From contig OZ024764.1 of NCBI GenBank assembly GCA_964016885.1, forward strand, positions 18,476,001-18,540,000: a stretch of DNA of 64,000 nt, in the 5' to 3' direction. How positions within the stretch are numbered: the first letter of the stretch is position 1; each line of letters starts with the position of its first letter. This document shows, piece by piece, positions 54,801-64,000 of the stretch. The position numbers and the translations under genes are program-made. The notes beneath the pieces are model-generated. The model searched no databases and was not told the origin of the DNA. It saw nothing but the letters and a program-made list of their open reading frames with translations. This stretch comes from Eledone cirrhosa. Its lineage: Eukaryota.

Positions 54801-57239
54801 TGTCACAACAAAAAGTACCTAGTCCACACTGTAAAGTGGCCATGTAGGTGTCACAACAAAAAGTACCCAGTCCACACTGTAATGTGGTCATGTAGGTGTC
54901 ACAAGAAAAAGTACTCAGTCCACACTGTAAAGTGGTCATGTAGGTGTCATAACGAAAAGTACCCAGTCCACACTGTAAAGTGGTTATGTAGGTGTCATAA
55001 CAAAAAGTACCCAGTCCACACTGTAAAGTGGTTATGTAGGTGTCATAACAAAAAGTACCCAGTTCACACTGTCAAGTGGTCATGTAGGTGTCACAACAAA
55101 AAGTACCTAGTCCACACTGTAAAGTGGTCATGTAGCTGTCACAACAAAAAGTACCCAGTCCACACTGTAATGTGGTCATGCAGGTTTCACAACAAAAAGT
55201 ACCCAGTCCACACTGTAATGTGGTCATATAGTTGTCACAACAAAAAGTACCCAGTCCACACTGTAAAGTGGTCATGTAGGTGTCACAACAAAAAGTACCC
55301 AGTCCACACTGTAAAGTGGACATGTAGGTGTCATGACAAAAAGTACCCAGTCCACATTGTAAAGTGGTCATGTAGGTGTCACAACAAAAAGTACCCAGTC
55401 CACACTGTAAAGTGGTTATGTAGGTGTCACAACAAAAAGTACCCAGTCTACCCTGTAAAGTGGTCATGTAGGTGTCACGACAAAAAGTATCCAGTCCACA
55501 CTGTAAAGTGGTCGTGTAGGTGTCACAACAAAAAGTACCCAGTCCACACTGTAAAGTGGTCATGTAGGTGTCACAACAAAAGGTACCCAGTCCACACTGT
55601 AAAGTGGTCATGTAGGTGTTACAACAAACAGAACCTAGTCCACACTGTAAAGTGGTCATGTAGGTGTCACGACAAAAAGTACCCCAGTCCACACTGTAAA
55701 GTGGTCATGTAGGTGTCACGACAAAAAGTACCCAGTCCACACTGTAAAGTGGTCATGTAGGTGTCACAACAAACAGCACCCAGTCCACACTGTAAAGTGG
55801 TCATGTAGGTGTCACAACAAAAAGTACCTAGTCCACACTGTAAAGTGGTCATGTACGTGTCACAACAAAAAGTACCCAGTCCACACTGTAAAGTGGTTAT
55901 GTAGGTGTCATAACCAAAAGTACCCAGTCCACACTGTAAAGTGGTCATGTAGGTGTCACAAGAAAAAGTACTCAGTCCACACTGTAATGTGGTCATGTAG
56001 GTGTCACAAGAAAAAGTACTCAGTCCACACTGTAAAGTGGTCATGTAGGTGTCATAACAAAAAGTGCCCAGTCCACACTGTAAAGTGGTTATGTAGGTGT
56101 CATAACCAAAAGTACCCAGTCCACACTGTAAAGTGGTCATGTAGGTGTCACAACAAAAAGTACCCAGTCCACACTGTAAAGTGGTCATGTAGGTGTCACA
56201 ACAAAAAGTACCCAGTCCACCCTGTAAAGTGGTCATGTAGGTGTCACAAAAAAAGTACCCAGTCCACCCTGTAAGGTGGTCATATAGGTGTCACAACAAA
56301 AAGTACCCAGTCCACACTGTAAAGTGGTCATGTAGGTGTCACAACAAAAAGTACCCAGTCCACACTGTAAAGTGGACATGTAGGTGTCATGACAAAAAGT
56401 ACCCAGTCCACACTGTAAAGTGGTCATGTAGGTGTCACAACAAAAAGTACCCAGTCCACACTGTAAAGTGGTCATGTAGGTGTCACAACAAAAAGTACCC
56501 AGTCCACACAGTAAAGTGGTCATGTAGGTGTCACAACAAAAAGTACCCAGTCCACACTGTAAAGTGGTCATGTAGGTGTCACAACTAAATATACCCAGTC
56601 CACACTGTAAAGTGGTCATGTAGGTGTCACAACAAAAAGTACCCAGTCCACACTGTAAAGTGGTCATGTAGGTGTCACAACAAAAAGTACCCAGTCCACA
56701 CTGTAAAGTGGTCACGTAGGTGTCACAACAAAAAGTACCCAGTCCACACTGTAAAGTGGTCATGTAGGTGTCATAACAAAAAGTACCCAGTCCACACTGT
56801 AAAGTGGTCAGGTAGGTATCATGACAAAGGTACCCAGTCCACACTGTAAAGTGGTCATGTAGGTATCATGACAAAAAGTACCCAGTCCACACTGTAAAGT
56901 GGTCATGTAGGTGTCACAACAAACAACACCCAGTCGACACTGTAAAGTGGTCATGTAGGTGTCACGACAAAAAGTACCCAGTCCACCTCTGTAAAGTGGT
57001 CATGTAGGTTTCACAACAAAAAGTACCCAGTCCACACTGTAATGTGGTCATGTAGGTGTCACAACAAACAGCACCCAGTCCACACTGTAAAGTGGTCATG
57101 TAGGTATCATGACAAAAAGTACCCAGTCCACCCTGTAAAGTGGTCATGTAGGTGTCACGACAAGAAGTACCCAGTCCACACTGTAAAGTGGTCATGTAGG
57201 TGTCACAACAAAAAGTACCCAGTCTACCCTGTAAAGTGG

Positions 57240-60200
57240 TCATGTAGGTGTCACGACAAAAAGTATCCAGTCCACACTGTAAAGTGGTCGTGTAGGTGTC
57301 ACAACAAAAAGTACCCAGTCCACACTGTAAAGTGGTCATGTAGGTGTCACAACAAAAAGTACCCAGTCCACACTGCAAAGTGGTCATGTAGGTATTACAA
57401 CAAACAGAACCCAGTCCACACTGTAAAGTGGTCATGTAGGTGTCACAAAAAAAGTACCCAGTCCACCCTGTAAGGTGGTCATATATGTGTCACAACAAAA
57501 AGTACCCAGTCCACCCTGTAAAGTGGTCATGTAGGTGTCACAACAAAAAGTACCCAGTCCACACTGTAAAGTGGTCAGGTAGGTATCATGACAAAAAGTA
57601 CCCAGTCCACACTGTAAAGTGGTCATGTAGGTATCATGACAAAAAGTACCCAGTCCACACTGTAAAGTGGTCATGTAGGTGTCACAACAAAAAGTACCCA
57701 GTCCACCCTGTAAAGTGGTCATATAGGTGTCACAACAAAAAGTACCCAATCCACCCTGTAAAGTGGTCATGTATGTGTCACAACAAAAAGTACCCAGTCC
57801 ACACTGTAAAGTGGTCATGTAGGTGTCACAACAAAAAGTACCCAGTCCACACTGTAATGTGGTCATGTAGGTGTCACAACAAAAAGTACTCAGTCCACAC
57901 TGTAAAGTGGTCATGTAGGTGTCATAACAAAAAGTACCCAGTCCACACTGTAAAGTGCTTATGTAGGTGTCATAACCAAAAGTACCCAGTCCACACTGTA
58001 AAGTGGTCATGTAGGTGTCACAACAAAAAGTACCCAGTCCACACTGTCAAGTGGTCATGTAGGTGTCACAACAAAAAGTACCTAGTCCACACTGTAAAGT
58101 GGTCATGTAGCTGTCACAACAAAAAGTACCCAGTCCACACTGTAATGTGGTCATGCAGGTTTCACAACAAAAAGTACCCAGTCCACACTGTAATGTGGTC
58201 ATATAGGTGTCACAACAAAAAGTACCCAGTCCACACTGTAAAGTGGTCATGTAGGTGTCACAACAAAAAGTACCCAGTCCACACTGTAAAGTGGACATGT
58301 AGGTGTCATGACAAAAAGTACCCAGTCCACACTGTAAAGTGGTCATGTAGGTGTCACAACAAAAAGTACCCAGTCCACACTGTAAAGTGGTCATGTAGGT
58401 GTCACAACAAAAGGTACCCAGTCCACACTGTAAAGTGGTCATGTAGGTGTCACAACAAAAAGTACCCAGTCCACACTGTAAAGTGGTCTTGTAGGTGTCA
58501 CAACAAAAAGTACCCAGTCCACACTGTAAAGTGGTCATGTAGGTGTCACAACAAAATATACCCAGTCCACACTGTAAAGTGGTCATGTAGGTGTCACAAC
58601 AAAAAGTACCCAGTCCACACTGTAAAGTGGTCATGTAGGTGTCACAACAAAAAGTACCCAGTCCACACTGTAAAGTGGTCACGTAGGTGTCACAACAAAA
58701 AGTACCCAGTCCACACTGTAAAGTGGTCATGTAGGTGTAATAACAAAAAGTACCCAGTCCACACTGTAAAGTGGTCAGGTAGGTGTCACAACAAAAAGTA
58801 CCCAGTCCACACTGTAAAGTGGTCATGTAGGTGTCACAACAAAAAGTACCCAGTCCACACTGTAAAGTGGTCAGGTAGTTATCATGACAAAAGGTACCCA
58901 GTCCACACTGTAAAGTGGTCATGTAGGTATCATGACAAAAAGTACCCAGTCCACACTGTAAAGTGGTCATGTAGGTGTCACAACAAACAACACCCAGTCC
59001 ACACTGTAAAGTGGTCATGTAGGTGTCACGACAAAAAGTACCCAGTCCACCTCTGTAAAGTGGTCATGTAGGTTTCACAACAAAAAGTACCCTGTCCACA
59101 CTGTAATGTGGTCATGTAGGTGTCACAACAAACAGCACCCAGTCCACACTGTAAAGTGGTCATGTAAGTATCATGACAAAAAGTACCCAGTCCACCCTGT
59201 AAAGTGGTCATGTAGGTGTCACGACAAAAAGTACCCAGTCCACACTGTAAAGTGGTCATGTAGGTGTCACAACAAAAAGTACCCAGTCTACCCTGTAAAG
59301 TGGTCATGTAGGTGTCACGACAAAAAGTATCCAGTCCACACTGTAAAGTGGTCGTGTAGGTGTCACAACAAAAAGTACCCAGTCCACACTGTAAAGTGGT
59401 CATGTAGGTGACACAACAAAAAGTACCCAGTCCACACTGCAAAGTGGTCATGTAGGTGTTACAACAAACAGAACCCAGTCCACACTGTAAAGTGGTCATG
59501 TAGGTGTCACGACAAAAAGTACCCAGTCCACACTGTAAAGTGGTCATGTAGGTGTCACGACAAAAAGTACCCAGTCCACACTGTAAAGTGGTCATGTAGG
59601 TGTCACAACAAACAGCACCCATTCCACACTGTAAAGTGGTCATGTAGGTGTCAAAACCAAAAGTAACTAGTCCACACTGTAAAGTGGTCATGTAGGTGTC
59701 ACAACAAAAAGTACCCAGTCCACACTGTAATGTGGTCATGTAGGTGTCACAAGAAAAAGTACTCAGTCCACACTGTAAAGTGGTCATGTAGGTGTCATAA
59801 CAAAAAGTGCCCAGTCCACACTGTAAAGTGGTTATGTAGGTGTCATAACCAAAAGTACCCAGTCTACACTGTAAAGTGGTCATGTAGGTGTCACAACAAA
59901 AAGTACCCAGTCCACACTGTCAAGTGGTCATGTAGGTGTCACAACAAAAAGTACCTAGTCCACACTGTAAAGTGGTCATGTAGCTGTCACAACAAAAAGT
60001 ACCCAGTCCACACTGTAATGTGGTCATGCAGGTTTCACAACAAAAAGTACCCAGTCCACACTGTAATGTGGTCATATAGGTGTCACAACAAAAAGTACCC
60101 AGTCCACACTGTAAAGTGGTCATGTAGGTGTCACAACAAAAAGTACCCAGTCCACACTGTAAAGTGGACATGTAGGTGTCATGACAAAAAGTACCCAGTC

Positions 60201-63200
60201 CACATTGTAAAGTGGTCATGTAGGTGTCACAACAAATGTACCCAGTCCACACTGTAAAGTGGTCATGTAGGTGTCACAACAAAATATACCCAGTCCACAC
60301 TGTAAAGTGGTCATGTAGGTGTCACAACAAAAAGTACCCAGTCCACACTGTAAAGTGGTCATGTAGGTGTCACGACAAAAAGTACCCAGTCCACCCTGTA
60401 AAGTGGTCATATAGGTGTCACAACAAAAAGTACCCAGTCCACACTGTAAAGTTGTAAAGTGGTCATGTAGGTGTCACAACAAAAAGTACCCAGTCCACAC
60501 TGTAATGTGGTCATGCAGGTTTCACACCAAAAAGTACCCAGTCCACACTGTAATGTGGTCATATAGGTGTCACAACAAAAAGTACCCAGTCCACACTGTA
60601 AAGTGGTCATGTAGGTGTCACAACAAAAAGTACCCAGTCCACACTGTAAAGTGGACATGTAGGTGTCATGACAAAAAGTACCCAGTCCACACTGTAAAGT
60701 GGTCATGTAGGTGTCACAACAAAAAGTACCCAGTCCACACTGTAAAGTGGTCATGTAGGTGTCACAACAAAAAGTACCCAGTCCACATTGTAAAGTGGTC
60801 ATGTAGGTGTCACAACAAAAAGTACCCAGTCCACACTGTAAAGTGGTCATGTAGGTGTCACAACAAAAAGTACCCAGTCCACACTGTAAAGTGGTCATGT
60901 AGGTGTCACAACAAAATATACCCAGTCCACACTGTAAAGTGGTCATGTAGGTGTCACAACAAAAAGTACCCAGTCCACACTGTAAAGTGGTCATGTAGGT
61001 GTCACAACAAAAAGTACCCAGTCCACACTGTAAAGTGGTCACGTAGGTGTCACAACAAAAAGTACCCAGTCCACACTGTAAAGTGGTCATGTAGGTGTCA
61101 TAACAAAAAGTACCCAGTCCACACTGTAAAGTGGTCAGGTAGGTGTCACAACAAAAAGTACCCAGTCCACACTGTAAAGTGGTCATGTAGGTGTCACAAC
61201 AAAAAGTACCCAGTCCACACTGTAAAGTGGTCAGGTAGGTATCATGACAAAAGGTACCCAGTCCACACTGTAAAGTGGTCATGTAGGTATCATGACAAAA
61301 AGTACCCAGTCCACACTGTAAAGTGGTCATGTAGGTGTCACAACAAACAACACCCAGTCGACACTGTAAAGTGGTCATGTAGGTGTCACGACAAAAAGTA
61401 CCCAGTCCACCTCTGTAAAGTGGTCATGTAGGTTTCACAACAAAAAGTACCCAGTCCACACTGTAATGTGGTCATGTAGGTGTCACAACAAACAGCACCC
61501 AGTCCACACTGTAAAGTGGTCATGTAGGTATCATGACAAAAAGTACCCAGTCCACCCTGTAAAGTGGTCATGTAGGTGTCACGACAAAAAGTACCCAGTC
61601 CACACTGTAAAGTGGTCATGTAGGTGTCACAACAAAAAGTACCCAGTCTACCCTGTAAAGTGGTCATGTAGGTGTCACGACAAAAAGTATCCAGTCCACA
61701 CTGTAAAGTGGTCGTGTAGGTGTCACAACAAAAAGTACCCAGTCTACCCTGTAAAGTGGTCATGTAGGTGTCACGACAAAAAGTATCCAGTCCACACTGT
61801 AAAGTGGTCGTGTAGGTGTCACAACAAAAAGTACCCAGTCCACACTGTAAAGTGGTCATGTAGGTGTCACAACAAAAAGTACCCAGTCCACACTGCAAAG
61901 TGGTCATGTAGGTATTACAACAAACAGAACCCAGTCCACACTGTAAAGTGGTCATGTAGGTGTCACAAAAAAAGTACCCAGTCCACCCTGTAAGGTGGTC
62001 ATATATGTGTCACAACAAAAAGTACCCAGTCCACCCTGTAAAGTGGTCATGTAGGTGTCACAACAAAAAGTACCCAGTCCACACTGTAAAGTGGTCAGGT
62101 AGGTATCATGACAAAAAGTACCCAGTCCACACTGTAAAGTGGTCATGTAGGTATCATGACAAAAAGTACCCAGTCCACACTGTAAAGTGGTCATGTAGGT
62201 GTCACAACAAAAAGTACCCAGTCCACCCTGTAAAGTGGTCATATAGGTGTCACAACAAAAAGTACCCAATCCACCCTGTAAAGTGGTCATGTATGTGTCA
62301 CAACAAAAAGTACCCAGTCCACACTGTAAAGTGGTCATGTAGGTGTCACAACAAAAAGTACCCAGTCCACACTGTAATGTGGTCATGTAGGTGTCACAAC
62401 AAAAAGTACTCAGTCCACACTGTAAAGTGGTCATGTAGGTGTCATAACAAAAAGTACCCAGTCCACACTGTAAAGTGCTTATGTAGGTGTCATAACCAAA
62501 AGTACCCAGTCCACACTGTAAAGTGGTCATGTAGGTGTCACAACAAAAAGTACCCAGTCCACACTGTCAAGTGGTCATGTAGGTGTCACAACAAAAAGTA
62601 CCTAGTCCACACTGTAAAGTGGTCATGTAGCTGTCACAACAAAAAGTACCCAGTTCACACTGTAATGTGGTCATGCAGGTTTCACAACAAAAAGTACCCA
62701 GTCCACACTGTAATGTGGTCATATAGGTGTCACAACAAAAAGTACCCAGTCCACACTGTAAAGTGGTCATGTAGGTGTCACAACAAAAAGTACCCAGTCC
62801 ACACTGTAAAGTGGACATGTAGGTGTCATGACAAAAAGTACCCAGTCCACACTGTAAAGTGGTCATGTAGGTGTCACAACAAAAAGTACCCAGTCCACAC
62901 TGTAAAGTGGTCATGTAGGTGTCACAACAAAAGGTACCCAGTCCACACTGTAAAGTGGTCATGTAGGTGTCACAACAAAAAGTACCCAGTCCACACTGTA
63001 AAGTGGTCATGTAGGTGTCACAACAAAAAGTACCCAGTCCACACTGTAAAGTGGTCATGTAGGTGTCACAACAAAATATACCCAGTCCACACTGTAAAGT
63101 GGTCATGTAGGTGTCACAACAAAAAGTACCCAGTCCACACTGTAAAGTGGTCATGTAGGTGTCACAACAAAAAGTACCCAGTCCACACTGTAAAGTGGTC

Positions 63201-64000
63201 ACGTAGGTGTCACAACAAAAAGTACCCAGTCCACACTGTAAAGTGGTCATGTAGGTGTAATAACAAAAAGTACCCAGTCCACACTGTAAAGTGGTCAGGT
63301 AGGTGTCACAACAAAAAGTACCCAGTCCACACTGTAAAGTGGTCATGTAGGTGTCACAACAAAAAGTACCCAGTCCACACTGTAAAGTGGTCAGGTAGTT
63401 ATCATGACAAAAGGTACCCAGTCCACACTGTAAAGTGGTCATGTAGGTATCATGACAAAAAGTACCCAGTCCACACTGTAAAGTGGTCATGTAGGTGTCA
63501 CAACAAACAACACCCAGTCCACACTGTAAAGTGGTCATGTAGGTGTCACGACAAAAAGTACCCAGTCCACCTCTGTAAAGTGGTCATGTAGGTTTCACAA
63601 CAAAAAGTACCCTGTCCACACTGTAATGTGGTCATGTAGGTGTCACAACAAACAGCACCCAGTCCACACTGTAAAGTGGTCATGTAAGTATCATGACAAA
63701 AAGTACCCAGTCCACCCTGTAAAGTGGTCATGTAGGTGTCACGACAAAAAGTACCCAGTCCACACTGTAAAGTGGTCATGTAGGTGTCACAACAAAAAGT
63801 ACCCAGTCTACCCTGTAAAGTGGTCATGTAGGTGTCACGACAAAAAGTATCCAGTCCACACTGTAAAGTGGTCGTGTAGGTGTCACAACAAAAAGTACCC
63901 AGTCCACACTGTAAAGTGGTCATGTAGGTGACACAACAAAAAGTACCCAGTCCACACTGCAAAGTGGTCATGTAGGTGTTACAACAAACAGAACCCAGTC
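57240..64000. repeat. Block duplication ~57240-59480 repeated at ~61760-64000 (offset 4,520 bp = 94 monomers + 8 bp), truncated by the window end
   Basis: ORF pairs 57432/61952, 57440/61960, 58047/62567, 59026/63546 and 59106/63626. Markers GTGCTTATG, GTGTAATAAC, GGTAGTTATC and GTAAGTATC. Confidence 0.92.

Larger units (their letters stand above)
1..64000. repeat. Tandem satellite array, 48-bp monomer, about 1,333 copies, single orientation, extends beyond both window ends
   Basis: Consensus GTAAAGTGGTCATGTAGGTGTCACAACAAAAAGTACCCAGTCCACACT recurs every 48 bp from base 1 to 64000. Most monomers have 0-3 substitutions and indels are rare (1-8 bp). No intervening unique sequence or inversion seen. 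Confidence 0.99.
38373..64000. repeat. Right sub-family domain (B) of the 48-bp satellite
   Basis: Dominated by GGTATCATGAC, CACGAC, CATAAC, CCACCCTG, TGTAATGTG, GTCAGGTAGG, GTGGACATG, AAAATATAC, GGTTTCAC and the +1 variant CACCTCTG. GTGTCTCAAC was not seen, and GTGACAC only at about 59410 and 63930. Confidence 0.9.

Noticed and set aside
1-64000. All ORFs in the track as protein-coding genes (Cys/His-rich, zinc-finger-, metallothionein- or keratin-associated-like repeats)
   Set aside because: They are translations of the 48-bp monomer on both strands at once. Starts and stops are set by satellite variants and indels, there is no unique N- or C-terminus, and the spacing does not match C2H2 or other domains I recognise.
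1-64000. CRISPR array
   Set aside because: There are no unique spacers. The entire 48-bp period is conserved, and no leader or cas genes are present.
1-64000. Diversity-generating or antigenic-variation cassette array, or encoded information in the variant pattern
   Set aside because: Variants are sparse and inherited in duplicated blocks, as expected from unequal exchange. No reverse transcriptase, recombinase or expression site is present.
1-64000. Telomeric repeat, immunoglobulin switch region or G-quadruplex array
   Set aside because: There are no TTAGGG-type units and AGCT is not part of the consensus. There is only one GGG run per monomer (minus strand), 48 bp apart.
1-64000. tRNA, 5S rRNA or snRNA tandem gene cluster
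   Set aside because: The period is too short, and there is no cloverleaf, A/B box or recognisable RNA gene sequence.
1-64000. Pure sequencing or assembly artefact (concatemer or collapsed repeat)
   Set aside because: Hierarchical shared variants and slightly diverged block copies indicate real evolutionary history. Individual near-identical duplications still need read support.

Overview
The whole 64 kb window is one uninterrupted head-to-tail tandem array of a 48-bp monomer (consensus GTAAAGTGGTCATGTAGGTGTCACAACAAAAAGTACCCAGTCCACACT; 21/48 G+C; no CpG). It holds about 1,333 copies, all in the same orientation, and runs off both ends. This is best read as satellite DNA, probably eukaryotic heterochromatin (inference). 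I do not recognise the family or the organism. I found no unique sequence, gene, RNA gene, transposon body or CRISPR spacer. Every ORF in the track is a by-product of a monomer length divisible by 3 with one stop-free frame per strand. The information is in the variant pattern. There are two sub-family domains with a sharp boundary near 38.2-38.5 kb, and a 144-bp trimer sub-period in the left domain. A 766-1,054 bp higher-order repeat occupies 25.7-34.6 kb, and nested multi-kb duplications occur throughout (offsets 6,573, 13,962, 3,359, 3,216, 3,936 and 4,520 bp). The most unusual, and speculative, observation is that each monomer resembles a RAG recombination signal (CAC-heptamer, 22-24 nt spacer, ACAAAAA nonamer). 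Block boundaries were read by eye and are good to about one or two monomers.
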